Below, one piece after another: positions 25,867 to 42,204 of a DNA stretch of 64,000 nt. Source of the DNA: Octopus sinensis (taxonomy: Eukaryota); contig NC_042997.1 in NCBI RefSeq assembly GCF_006345805.1, positions 118,110,001 to 118,174,000 of the forward strand. The letters run 5' to 3'. Under the pieces are notes generated by a model that did not search any database, was not told where the DNA came from, and saw only the letters and a program-made list of their open reading frames with translations. Position numbers and translations under genes: made by a program. The stretch's first letter is position 1; every line of letters starts with the position of its first letter.

Positions 25867-27867
25867 CATATATGTCTGTATGAATATATTTATTTATATG
25901 TGTATGTGTATGTGTATGTGTGTATATATAAAGCAACTCTTATATATATCTAACTTAATCGAAATAGAAAACTGACAGCAAAGTGAATGTGGCAATGCTT
26001 GTGTGAATAAATATATTCACGAGTGCGTATATGTGTGTGTGTGTGTGTATGTCTGTGTGTGCCCGTGTGTGCCTCTGCGCGTGTGTATGTGTTTAGATAT
26101 ACACATACATGTATGTTATCAAATATTAGAGACTTTTATATTTACACGCACACGCATCCTCCAAGATACCATTTTTGCGTAAATATGTTTAAGCAATGAT
26201 TTTAGAACCACTTAGCGCCACCAAGGTTTATGCTAATTTAGACAGACAATGCTATTCAGAATCTAGAAAGCCGAAAGCTATTATAACTTCGTACAAAACT
26301 AAGAAGGAGCTACTCAGCTTGAAAACCGATGACCACTAAATATCTATCTGCAATGAGAAATGTCTTCCCGAATATCTAATTTATTTCGTACGAAGGAAGA
26401 AATGAATTTTGATAGGGAAGATTTTGTAATAAGACATAGGTAAGAGATAACTGTAAACAAGTAAAACGGTAAGTGGCCTTAACGCTTGCTAATAACCCTG
26501 CTGTGCAAATAAGATGTGTGTTGAAATATATGTCAATTTACTTATCAAGCTGACTGGAATTTATGAAACAAAATTTTGCATTTCAGTAAGTATTTACGTT
26601 GAAAGTGTTATCATTTACCAGAAAACCTGGTTTTCCTTCACCTGAAAGTATTAATATTCACTAAAGTTGTTTGAATCGTGGAAATATTAGCTGAGAAGCT
26701 CGGTGAAAGGATGTGGAAATGTTTGGTATTATGTCATTTATTAACATTGTTTACGCTAACTCTAATTTATTTTAAAAATAAAAGTGATTAATTAGTCAGA
26801 GGTTATTAATTTTTTTTAATATGCAAATTATTCACGCCTACTTGCCTACTGCATTGTACATCTACTTAATGATTCTGTCATCGATATTTCAACAAGTAAA
26901 TCTAAATCTATACTTCGTTGAGGAGGCCTAATAAGATAGAAACGTACCTGAAGTTGTCTCCGTCAATCTTTTGACAATTTAAGTGCTAGTAAGCAATTCG
27001 GGCCTAATTTCTGGTATGAAGGTACCTTTCTTCCTTTCTGCCTTCTCTACCGGAAGCTCTGCAACGGGTTATAGACGCTGCCTTCCCTCCTGACTAATAC
27101 GAAAAAGGAATTTGGCAAACTTAAACTTGCTGGAAGCTCATCGTACGCACGCACGCACACACACACACGTACACAAACACAAATCTAGATTGATATATAG
27201 ATAGCTGTGCGTGCAAAGCTGTGTGTATATTTGGTGATGCAATCTAGGGTATCGAATTCAGGGTGCTGTCAAAAACAGTAAGTTAGCTTCAGCCTCTTTG
27301 ATAAATAGAGTTTGGTAAAAGAAGTACAAAACCGACATATCTACTGGGATTCATATGATCAATCGAGTGCCTCAGTATTGTCACAATCCATACCTGAAAC
27401 CAGTAAAAGAGTAAGAGAGAATCAGAAATTCTATCTTTGTTATGTAGTGAGAAAGCTTACTCTAAATTGATATGAAGTATCTGATGTTTCAAGGCATTAT
27501 GACTGCAAGGAAGATAAGGTTCCGTAGTCTTGCATTAAAATGAAAACAAAAAACAAACAAACAAAAAAAAGACACGACGTATTGTTGTTGTTGTTAGTGA
27601 ATCCTTCACATTTGTTCTCGATTGATGTGAAACTGAAGTCTTCTGCGTAACGATATATTATGAGACATACAAGGAAGATAACTTTTTGTATTCTTGCACT
27701 GACATGAAAAGATAGGATGTAGTGCAGTTTTTGTTGATTAGTTCCGATATGAAACCGAAGTCTTCTACGCCACAATAAATTAGGAAACTCTTCACAAGGG
27801 AGATAACTATTTTCTTTAGTCATTGAATTAAAGGCACACGAGCTATCCGTTGTTGATGTTGGTGCTT

Positions 27868-28246
27868 GTTTGTTTGTTGAGCGAAGCGGTCTTCGGCCCA
27901 GAGCTCGTAAGTTGGAAGGAGTCCGAAACGTGGTCCTTTGCTATTCGTAAGACCCGCAGAAGAGAAAGCAGGTCAACCCCCGACACCGAGAGCATCGACG
28001 GATGGATGAATGCGCATCCAGGCTCAGCGGTTGCGTAGGAAGTCGGGGACAAGAAACAGGAAGAAAGAGTGAGAGAAAGTTGGAGCGAAATAGTACAACA
28101 GGGGTCGCCATCACCCCCCGCTGGAGCCTCGTGGAGCTTTAGGTGTTTTCGCTCAATAAACACACACAACGCCTGGTCTGGGAATCGAAACCGCGATCCT
28201 CCGACCGCGAGTCCGCTGCCCTAACCACTGGGCCATTGCGCCTCCA
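27868..28246 (-). mobile_element. tRNA-derived SINE family S3, full length with 12-bp target-site duplication
   Basis: Head ggaggcgcaatggcccagtggttagggcagcggactcg with A/B boxes, and an (AAAC)n tail. TSD atgttggtgctt at 27856-27867 and 28247-28258. Confidence 0.93.
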
Positions 28247-28457
28247 ATGTTGGTGCTTAACGAGATAACGAGCTTTCCAACGATGACCAACCTATCTTAG
28301 GGCATATCTATAACTATAATGTTCATTGTTTACTTATGTTTACTTAAACACTTTTTAAAGACCGCACTGTATGGCTTCTCCGAGACATGGATTCGATTTC
28401 TAGCAAGTCGGGAATCTCATTGAGGATTTCAGATTTTTTGTTGCTAAAACGTTTTAA

Positions 28458-28780
28458 CTTTGGGCAAGTGTCTTCTACTATAGCCTCGGACCGACCAAAG
28501 CCTTGTGAGTGGATTTGGTAGACGGAAACTGAAAGAAGCCCGTCGTATATATGTATATATATGTGTGGATGTATATGTTAGTGTGTCTGTTTGTCCCCCC
28601 AACATTGCTTGACAACCGATGCTGGTGTGTTTACGTCCCCGTAACTTAGTGGTTCGGCAAAAGAGGCCGATAGAATAAGTACTAGGCTTACAAAGAATAA
28701 GTCCTGGCGTCGATTTTACTCGACTAAAGGCGGTGCTCCGGCATGGCCACAGTCACATGACTGAAATAAGTAAAAGAGTG
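28458..28780 (+). mobile_element. SINE S2, 5'-truncated
   Basis: ttgggcaagtgtcttctactatagcctcgg through catggccacagtcacatgactgaaataagtaaaagag. Confidence 0.9.
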
Positions 28781-29542
28781 CTCAAGCAATTCGTCCATCA
28801 TTCTTAGAGTAATTGTTATAACGAACATTCTGAAGACGACGAGTTATTAAACATAAAGAGAGCTCAGAACTAACTTTATTATAGTATTTAGTTATATTCC
28901 TTGAATTTTTGCTAGTTTTCGCACATTCCCCGAGTTCATATATTTTTGACCCTCAAATAAGGGTAATGGTGAGTTCAACTAAAGTTTGACCTCCTTTCCC
29001 AGTTGGGGGAGTCAACTATGGTTTCATATTTCCGAGGTCGATAAAATAAGGATCAATAATCGCGAAGTCTATTCAAACGATCACCCCCAAGTCTCATGCT
29101 GAGCGAAGATTGATTTTGTGTCTAATCAAAAGAAATCGTTTCCATGCCAAATAATTTAAACGAGATTGAAGAAATAAAATTTCACAGCCATGAAAGTCTT
29201 TGTCGTAATTCAATCGATATTTCCACAGGTAGAAGAATGTATTGTGGTAACTTATTATTAGACAGACATTGTGATTGACTGCGTGAATTACGATGTATAA
29301 CGTTGCATTAAATGTACCAGTCATATGCCATCTAAACAGACTAATACAAAAACATATGTGGACTATATATAAATTTATGTATGGCTTTGGGAAACAAGCT
29401 CACATATGGAATAGATCTCTATAAAGACATGATACAAAGATATAAACATATAAAACAGACCTATATAAATGCATATATAAATACATATACACACACTTGT
29501 ATGTATATATATATATTTATATATTATGCATATACGTATATA

Positions 29543-29798
29543 TGTTTTAGTCATTTGACTGCGGCCTGCTGGAGCAACGCCTTTAATCGAGCAAATCGAC
29601 CCCAGGACTTATTCTTTGTAACCCTGATACTTATTCTATCGGTCACTTTTGTCGAACCGCTAAGTTACGGGAACGTAAACACGCCACCATCGGTTGTCAA
29701 GCGATGTTGGGGCGACAAACGCACAAACATATACATACATACATACATACATACATACATACATGCATACATACATACATACATAGATACATACACAC

Positions 29799-29865
<67 letters not shown>

Positions 29866-30030
29866 TACGACGGGCTTCTTTCAGTTTCCGTCTACCAAAT
29901 CCACTCACAGGGCTTTCGTCAGTCCGAGGCTATAGTAGAAGGCACTTGCTCAAGGTGCCACGCAGTGGGAATGGACCCGGAATCATGTGGTTCGTAAGCA
30001 AGCTACTTCCCACATAGCCACTCCTGCGCC
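29543..30030 (-). mobile_element. SINE S2, near full length, with expanded internal (TA)n/(TATG)n
   Basis: Reverse-complement head at 30030 and tail at about 29543, with an internal microsatellite at 29729-29868. Confidence 0.9.
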
Positions 30031-30115
30031 TATAGCTTGATCGTGAAATTAACGTGCAAATGGTGAGTACTCCATAAACACACACACACACACACTCACA
30101 CACACACACACACAA

Positions 30116-30147
<32 letters not shown>

Positions 30148-30173
30148 TATGCATACACACACATATATATGTA

Positions 30174-30266
<93 letters not shown>

Positions 30267-30273
30267 CTCTCTC

Positions 30274-30305
<32 letters not shown>

Positions 30306-30639
30306 GTGTGTATATAAATATCGTGGCACATACATGCTCTCTTATACACACGCATGCGAACTTTCGTTTTGGGATCACCACTACTTTATTATCTCCCTTC
30401 TTATTAGCTCTCCTGTGTGATACCTCTGTCGGCATTCCCATGATAGATCGCTAGCTACTACACATTATTTATGTTCTTTACCTGTTTCTTTCTGCGTTCC
30501 TTTCTGTGGAAGAACGTAGGCTCGAAACGTTAAAGACTTTTTTACTTTCCGAGCGTTAAACTAATACATCCGTTTGTTGTCTACACCACCCGTATTAGTC
30601 TTTTCTTTCTTTTGTGAATTCTCCCTATGTATCGTGGTA

Positions 30640-30988
30640 CTCCGTCGGTTACGACGACGAAGGTTCCAGTTGATCCGATCAACGGAACAGCCTGCTCGTG
30701 AAATTAACGTGTAAGTGGCTGAGCACTCCACAGACGCGGGGAGGTTCAGTATAACATAGTGTATGACAATGTCGGTCCTTTGAAATCCAGGTACAACAGA
30801 AACAGGAAGAAAGAGTGTAAGAAAGTTGTGATGAAAGAGTACAGCAAGTTCACCACCACCCCCTGCGGGAGCCCCGTGGACCTTCCGGGGTTTTCGCACA
30901 ATGAACACTCACGACACCCGGTCTGGTAGTCGAAACAGCGATTCCACGACAGCGAGTCCGCTGCCCTAACCACTGGGCCATTCCGCCT
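30640..30988 (-). mobile_element. SINE S3-related copy (first duplicate unit)
   Basis: Reverse complement of ggcggaatggcccagtggttagggcagcggactcg, with a different 3' half ending gtcgtcgtaaccgacggagt. Confidence 0.85.
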
Positions 30989-31247
30989 TTACCTACCTAT
31001 CTACCTACCTACCTACCTACCTACCTACATACCTACCTACCTACCTATCTACCTACCTACCTACCTACATATATATATATATATATGTGTGTGTATGCGT
31101 GTGTGCGTGTATGTATGTTTATAGGCATTTATTTATATAGGTTTGTTTTATATCTGTTGATATCTTTGTATCATTTGTTTATATACATCTATTCCACGTG
31201 TGAGTTTGTATATATATATATATTCCTATATGCTTGTCTATCTATCT

Positions 31248-31372
<125 letters not shown>

Positions 31373-31741
31373 CTCTCTCTATATATATATATGTGTGTGT
31401 GTGTGTGTGGTGTGTATATAAATATCGTGGCACATACATGCTCTCTTATACACACGCATGCGAACTTTCGTTTTGGGATCACCACTACTTTATTATCTCC
31501 CTTCTTATTAGCTCTCCTGTGTGATACCTCTGTCGGCATTCCCATGATAGATCGCTAGCTACTACACATTATTTATGTTCTTTACCTGTTTCTTTCTGCG
31601 TTCCTTTCTGTGGAAGAACGTAGGCTCGAACGTTAAAGACTTTTTTACTTCCGAGCGTTAAACTAATACATCCGTTTGTTGTCTACACCACCCGTATTAG
31701 TCTTTTCTTTCTTTTGTGAATTCTCCCTATGTATCGTGGCA

Positions 31742-32090
31742 CTCCGTCGGTTACGACGACGAAGGTTCCAGTTGATCCGATCAACGGAACAGCCTGCTCG
31801 TGAAATTAACATGTAAGTGGCTGAGCACTCCACAGACGCGGGGAGGTTCAGTATAACATAGTGTATGACAATGTCGGTCCTTTGAAATCCAGGTACAACA
31901 GAAACAGGAAGAAAGAGTGTAAGAAAGTTGTGATGAAAGAGTACAGCAAGTTCACCACCACCCCCTGCGGGAGCCCCGTGGACCTTCCGGGGTTTTCGCA
32001 CAATGAACACTCACGACACCCGGTCTGGTAGTCGAAACAGCGATTCCACGACAGCGAGTCCGCTGCCCTAACCACTGGGCCATTCCGCCT
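31742..32090 (-). mobile_element. SINE S3-related copy (second duplicate unit)
   Basis: Near-identical to 30640-30988. Confidence 0.85.
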
Positions 32091-32336
32091 TTACCTACCT
32101 ATCTACCTACCTACCTACCTACCTACCTACATACCTACCTACCTACCTATCTACCTACCTACCTACCTACATATATATATATATATGTGTGTGTATGCGT
32201 GTGTGCGTGTATGTATGTTTATAGGCATTTATTTATATAGGTTTGTTTTATATCTGTTGATATCTTTGTATCATTTGTTTATATACATCTATTCCACGTG
32301 TGAGTTTGTATATATATATATATTCCTATATGCTTG

Positions 32337-32460
<124 letters not shown>

Positions 32461-33452
32461 GAACAAGCTGTTTGTAAATATACAAAATTTTATTTGACAA
32501 GTTCGAGAAATGAACGAAAGCGCCAATAATGAAGAAATAAAAAGACTTTTTTTCCAAAATCCTGACGACTTTTCTTTCTCAATATGAACACATATATACA
32601 ACAGACAAGCACACGCACATATATGAAACGCATAAATAGATATCTAAAACTAAGTATTTATACACCTATAAGGAACACCAGGATCACTTACCATACATTG
32701 AGTAGTGGTATTTTATCAGCGCTTACGTTTCTGCTTTATACAGATACTATATAAGTAAAATTGTATGTGTTTTGCCCGAAATCAGGGTTGCATTCGATAT
32801 ATTTGTTAATTCGAGAGGTAATCGAGTAGTCAAATTTATCAACTAGGTGTATATGCTTAGACGGAAAATGTTTTCATTAGTATACAGAAAAATTTTGTAG
32901 ATATAGTTACTCCTATGTTCTTTGTGTAGGGAGCGTTATACCAAGTTATATTTCTTTGCCTTGTAGCATTAGGGTTAACTTACCAATAGTTATTTGTTGT
33001 GGATTTTTCTCATAAACTGTAATCATACAATTTCATTCCATCCCTGTGCTTGGTATCGGTATTAAAACTTTAAGTAAAAAGTACCCCTGCATGATCGTTA
33101 ACTTTAAATGATTTCATTCGCTTTTACATTCTTATAGCTGTGGAAATTACCAGAGTTCCTTTTATTGTCGGATACAATCATAGTAATATGCATCTTTTGT
33201 AGTGTCAGCCTTGGGATCACTATTTGTAGCTATAGCTGTTTTCTGCTCTATGCTTGTCTCCTAGGAGTATTTATTACTATATTAACCCCTCAAAGTGAAA
33301 TATTTCCATTAATATTATTTATAATAGAACTAGAATGATTAGAATGCTTGTTTATGCATGTAGATTTTCTTTCTATTTATGGTAAGGAAAGTATATAAAC
33401 CGAATGAAAACCTACGTTGTATATACAGATTTATCATCCTAGTTCTATCTAA

Positions 33453-36295
<2,843 letters not shown>

Positions 36296-36940
36296 CCATT
36301 AAAAATAATGGAACGTTATACAGTTCACCTTTAAATAACAAAGGCAAAGGAAGCTTTATTAGATAACATGCAATATAAACTTTTGATATTTAGTATATTC
36401 CTTGCCCTCACCCACTTTTACATTCACCTTTGATGTTCAAACAAATACCATTAGCCACTCTTGAGTTACGTCTCCTGGTCCATTTTCGTTCCATTTATGC
36501 AAGTTATATTAGCTAACAAGGTGTTTGACATTTTATTGTACATGTCTTATTGTCTCATCTGCTTTGGAGAACGTAAACAATTGCTGAGCTAATGAAGCCT
36601 AAATAGGCAGAAATACTTGTCTTCTTCAGATAATAAGACTGTTTTTCCCTTTATGGCATTTAAGTTTTGAAAAAAAGTGACACGCCATTATTTATCCCGA
36701 AGAGACACATGCTGTATACACACACGCACACATTCACAATTAGGGCATGCGCTCTTTCTCTCCCTTTCACTCTGTCTCTCTTTATATATAGTAGAAGACA
36801 CTTGCTCAAGGTGCCACGCAGTAGGACTGAATCCGGAACCATGTGGTTGGGAAGCTATCTTTTTACCACACATCCACGCCTCATTTTCAGAGAATTTAGA
36901 TATTCTAAGTGAAACATTTCTAATAAGATTATTTATAATA

Positions 36941-37478
36941 TAGTCGGCTCCAGTTCGTATCCGAGCATTGGATTCGTCAGTTTTCATCCAGTCTCCTCGG
37001 TTGATGTTTGTGCCGAAAGTGTCTTTGGAGTCCAAGTCGGTGGTGAAAGAGTCGTGGGCAGAACTCACACGGGACTGTCGGTGCAGATCGAGGATGCTGA
37101 AGACGCTCCTTTCTGCTCCGGCGTTTTGCCTCCTCATCCTGTTGTCTGTTCTGCTCGAAGGAGCTGGCTGCATTGCGGATAGCATTCATCCAGGCTGTCC
37201 TATCCAAAACAATCTGGTCCCATGAGGATGGGTAGATGTTAGTTTGAGCCAAGGTCCGTTTGAGCTGGTCTTTAAAACGGAATTTCGGATCTCCTCTGGG
37301 TCTTGTTCCAATTGCAAGTTTTCCATAAAGCATGATCCGCGGGAGACGAGAGAGCTCCATACACTGGACGTGACCCCCCACCCAGCTGAGACGATGGCGT
37401 AGAAATAGTGGCTTCGACACTTGGTAGTGAGGCGCGGCGAAGAACCTCGTTGTTGGTAACGTGATCTTCCCACGTTAT
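36941..37478 (-). mobile_element. RTE-clade LINE 3' fragment with C-terminal C2H2 finger
   Basis: RLSW.GHV..M..SRLPRIMLYGKL..GTRPRG.PK.RFKDQLK..DRTAW..CEFCPRLF..RLGLQRHFRHKH. Confidence 0.88.
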
Positions 37479-37519
37479 TTATAATATATATATATATATA
37501 TATATACACATACACTCAC

Positions 37520-37592
<73 letters not shown>

Positions 37593-37661
37593 TACCTATA
37601 TATATGTACATACATATATATATACATACACACACACACACATACATATATAATATATAAA

Positions 37662-37850
37662 GGTGGTGACCTAGAAGAATTGTTAGCACGCCGGATAAAA
37701 TGCTTAGCAGTATTTTGCCCGTCGATACGTTCTGAGTCAAATTCCGCCGAGGTTGACTTTGCCTTACATAATTTCGGGGGCGATTTCGATGTAATCGACT
37801 AGCCCCCTCCACCGGCAAATTTGAATCCTTGTGCCTCCAGTAGAAAGGAT
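37662..37850 (+). mobile_element. SINE S1, diverged copy
   Basis: gttagcacgccggataaaatgcttagc..aaattccgccgaggttgactttgcct, with the short tail tagaaaggat. Confidence 0.8.
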
Positions 37851-37863
37851 ATATAATATATAT

Positions 37864-37906
<43 letters not shown>

Positions 37907-37983
37907 ATATATATATGTATGTATATATATATATAATATATATATAATATATATATATTATATATATATAATATATATCTATA

Positions 37984-38014
<31 letters not shown>

Positions 38015-38531
38015 GATGCATGTGTGTGTGGTGTGCGCGTATGTATGTTTCACAAAAGATTTTCTTAAATTGTTAATTACACACATAAGAAGAAAAAAAA
38101 AGTCGTTTAAGAATTCAAAAGATTTACACAGGTGAAGAAAGAAATTTCTTCCATCGGGCCTATGTGTTTTACATAAATTTTTTATATCATCAATAATTTT
38201 TTATCTAAGAAAAACATTTTTCGAATATTATAACTGAATCAAGAAATTTTACACGCCTGTACACACAGACACACACACGCATACACACACACACACATAC
38301 ACACACACACGCACGCACGCACACACACACGAATATTTATAATGACATCTTATATACATATATGTATACACACATATATACATATGATATATGTATACAC
38401 ACACACACATATATATTTATATAACATATCGCTATATATATTATATTATATACATATAAATGATCACATTAACATAATATATATATATATTATAAATGTA
38501 TGATTATACATACATATGTATGTGTATGTAT

Positions 38532-38578
<47 letters not shown>

Positions 38579-38740
38579 GTATATATATATACATATGTAT
38601 ATATTATATCACATCTATTCATACAAATGCAAAGATATATATTTCACGGAACATATTGATAACAATAGATTCAACAAAGATTTATTTTCGTATTCTTTCT
38701 GTTGCAAACTCTCAACATGATGTATGTTTTACTATTTTAT

Positions 38741-39799
38741 TCAAACACTTGATGTTTTTTGTTTCGGTTTACAAAGATTCTTTTCCATCGAATCTCTTTT
38801 AACACCAATTACTTCTTGAGTTCGCTTTATAACAGCTGCTAAACCACTATCTCTCCCATTTTCACCATATTTTTTCCCTTTCTTCTCCTCTCGGGACTCT
38901 TTGTAGACGCTAAAAATATCTGAGAGCAAGATTACAATGACAAGAATATTTTTTATGATAAAAGCCGAAAATTTCTTCCCGTACAAAGCGCAAAGAACAG
39001 CTCGCACGCAAACAAACAGCAAGTTCACCATAATTATTTGTACTATTTTTTGTGCGAACACCAACCGTTTGAACATGCTACTGCCGTGCGTGCGACCCCG
39101 ATAAACAATAGCACAGGGAAATGTAGGCACAATAAGGTTAACTACCACAATGGTTAGTATAAGTTTAATAATGCCTTCGTGAATAACACGCCTGTCCTCT
39201 ACTTCGTAAAGTAATTCCATTAGATCCATTGTGTCTAGGATGTCAATAGGTACAGTGGCTCCGACTTCGTGTATGAAGTTTTTCATCTTTCTGTCAACAG
39301 TTTGGTGAATGTTGCTGATGAGCATCAAAAAATAGATCAAAGCCGCTAATCCGACGGCCAGTTGAAAGCCACTTGGACCTCGTATCGTATTTCTCTCCCA
39401 TTCCATCATATAACTTTTAGAGTGAAATGCTACAATAACCTTCGCTGCAGTGACCGATCCGTATACGAACCATGCAATGGGACCCCACGGTAAATGATTA
39501 GTTTTTCTGGTTTTATCTTCGTTAGATGCAGAGTCACCAGGCCAGTGTTTCCTTATGTCTATATTTGTTACAAACTGACTGTAAGTTTGGACGTAATAGA
39601 CTATGAAAAGGATTATCACAAACCAATCTGGAACGAAGATAATCCACCAGAACGAAATTTTCTGGTAATAGACAAGAAGGTAATCAATGTAATGATTTTG
39701 GCCAATTAAAAGCACGAGACAGAATATTCGCGAGAAATAATGATGTAAACATTCACAGCGATATAACCATTTCTTCTTGGAGTTTTCCTTTGGTTGATC
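38741..39799 (-). CDS. TMEM121: TMEM121/CECR6-family multi-pass membrane protein, large terminal coding exon (352 aa plus stop)
   Basis: The frame stays open upstream of the called ORF (DQPKENSKKKWLYRCECLHHYFSRIFCLVLLIGQNHYIDYLLV) up to a polypyrimidine-AG acceptor (ttttcctcttttttag|GAT, phase 0). It has several hydrophobic helices and family-like motifs W..PD, LPWGPIAWFVY...AK, GP, DILDT, N...P and NL....R. The family is recognised from motifs; orthology is not established. Confidence 0.8.
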   Translation of the reverse strand, partial: DQPKENSKKKWLYRCECLHHYFSRIFCLVLLIGQNHYIDYLLVYYQKISFWWIIFVPDWFVIILFIVYYVQTYSQFVTNIDIRKHWPGDSASNEDKTRKTNHLPWGPIAWFVYGSVTAAKVIVAFHSKSYMMEWERNTIRGPSGFQLAVGLAALIYFLMLISNIHQTVDRKMKNFIHEVGATVPIDILDTMDLMELLYEVEDRRVIHEGIIKLILTIVVVNLIVPTFPCAIVYRGRTHGSSMFKRLVFAQKIVQIIMVNLLFVCVRAVLCALYGKKFSAFIIKNILVIVILLSDIFSVYKESREEKKGKKYGENGRDSGLAAVIKRTQEVIGVKRDSMEKNLCKPKQKTSSV

Positions 39800-40022
39800 C
39801 TAAAAAAGAGGAAAACAAACAAATAAATAAACAAGTCTATAAAGAAAATTGTTGTTTTAAAAGGAAGGAGATATTTCGGGGACTCCTTCACTGGGATGTT
39901 ACCATGAAAATATCACACTCAAAAAATTCTAACGCTCGTGAAATACCAAGTTCTATACGACAGAAAAATAAAATATAAACATGCAAAAACAAACATATAG
40001 CAAAATAAAAACCCAAACCCTA

Positions 40023-40380
40023 CAGGTGTAGGAGTGGCTGTGTGGTAAGTAGATTGCTTACCAGCCACATGGTTCCGAGTTCAGTCCCACTGCGTGGCAC
40101 CTTGGGAAAGTGTCTTCTACTATAGCCTCGGGTGTGAGTGGATTTGGTAGACGGAAACTGAAAGAAGCCTGTCGTATATATGTATATATATGTATGTGTA
40201 TGTATATGTTTGTGTGTGTGTATGTCCCCCCAACATCGCTTGACAACCGATACTGGTGTGTTTACGTCCCCGTCACCTAGCGGATCGGCAAAAGAGACCG
40301 ATAGATTAAGTACTAGGCATACAAAGAATAAGCCCTGGGGTCGATTTGCTCGGCTAAAGGCGAAACAAGTAAAAGAGTAA
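40023..40380 (+). mobile_element. SINE S2, near full length (intronic)
   Basis: aggagtggctgtgtggtaag head through gaaacaagtaaaagagtaaa. Confidence 0.9.
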
Positions 40381-41365
40381 ACCAAACCTGAAAAGAAACA
40401 ACAAAATCAAAACAAAAATCCCAGAGATATAAAGAATGTTATAACAGGGTATAACTGGATATGTTGTCAGGAAAGTTTAGCCTAATGAGACTCTTGTCTC
40501 CAAATTTAGTGACTCCTGGTTACCTTGTTGTTTAGTTCCAAGGTTAGACCTGATCAAGAAGATTTATGATAAAAAGTATTCCAGCCGTGATCATCACTTC
40601 TTTTTAAAGCTAACGTACTCCTTACTCTTTTACGATAGTAGGAGGAACCATGCATATGTAAACGAGTGTACAAACATATATGAGAGCAGAGTCACTGATG
40701 AGCGGTGTTTTACAGTCAACAACCTGGCTCGACACACGTCACGACATTAAACTAAAAGTCCTCTGACTCCTCATTCTAAGTCGTTCAACGTGTCTGCCCT
40801 TATCCTCTCTCCGCCTGCATAGATTGTCTCTTCTAAATTCTTGCTTTTCTCTTTCCACCCAATATCCTCCACATCCGAACTCACACTTCACGCATGTGCA
40901 ACAGCTAATTCGCCTTCATTTCCTATCACCATTCACTTCTTCTACCTCCCCAGGGAGCAACATAGATATATAAATATCACTTAAAATTTGCGTCGAATGT
41001 ATTTTCATGTTACGAACCATAGAAGTGCTCAACAGTATATATGTGTATATGTATGTATGTTGTATGTATGTATGTATGTATGTATGTATGTATGTATGTA
41101 TGTATGTATGTATGTATGTATGTATGTTTGTATGTATGTATGTATATATGTATGTATGTATGTATGTATGTGTATATGAATGTATGTATGCATGTTTGTT
41201 TGTATGTATGTATGTTTGTATGTAAGTATGTATGTATGTTTGTTTGTATGTATGCATGTATGAATGCATGTTTGTATGTATGTGTGTATGTATGTATACA
41301 CATACATATATATACATATATATATATGCATAATATGCATATATACATATATGTATATGTATATG

Positions 41366-41408
<43 letters not shown>

Positions 41409-41801
41409 GCATATATATATGAATAGGTATATCTCTATGCATATATATCTATATGCTCAGATACATATGCATACATATATGTAAGAGAAAATGTGTCAGA
41501 TTTTATCAATATATTTATTTACCGTTCAAGCTGATTTATGGAATTTTATATTCAAGTTCTACTATCGCCCATCCTTTTAGAGAAGCAGAATATAGGAATG
41601 TAAGATTGTATGAATGCAACAAAAGCGATATAAATCAATTCTAATACAGAATAATTATTGTCCTCATTTCATTGTGGGAATATCACGCTAATTCTAATAG
41701 CCGCACACTGTTACAGATACATACATGCATGAACACATGCATACATAAGCATACATATTTGTGCGTGTTTGTGTATATACCCACATACACACAACATCAT
41801 A

Positions 41802-41858
<57 letters not shown>

Positions 41859-41874
41859 TATATATATATATATA

Positions 41875-42050
41875 GTTAATCCAAACATGAAAACACAAGA
41901 CAAAACACAACATCGTGAAGGCGTGTGGAACAAGTATAGTGTTATTGGACGTCCAGGAAATGAAAAGAAAGAAGGAGGATTTAACGTTTCGAGCGGAGCT
42001 CTTCGTCAGAAACACAGGCAAAGGAAAGATCCAAGGAGGGAAGACGGATA
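41875..42050 (-). mobile_element. About 175-bp PLE-derived element within (TA)n
   Basis: Non-microsatellite island flanked on both sides by (TA)n and carrying a hammerhead motif. Confidence 0.65.
41979..42013 (-). ncRNA. Minimal type I hammerhead motif
   Basis: gttt-CTGACGA-a-gagc tcc gctc-GAAA-cg-TT-aaat. Confidence 0.7.
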
Positions 42051-42145
42051 TATATCTATATATATATATATATAATATATATATATGTATATATATATAT
42101 GAGTATATATATATGTATATATATATATGTATATATATATATATA

Positions 42146-42202
<57 letters not shown>

Positions 42203-42204
<2 letters not shown>

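Noticed and set aside
28170-28246. tRNA-like heads (also at 30988, 32090, 44603, 56303 and the S1/S2 heads) as tRNA genes
   Set aside because: They continue into SINE bodies and tails, one has a TSD, and they lack a complete acceptor stem and poly-T terminator.
40695-40702. CTGATGAG as a hammerhead core
   Set aside because: No stem II-GAAA-NUH arrangement or closing stem I follows.
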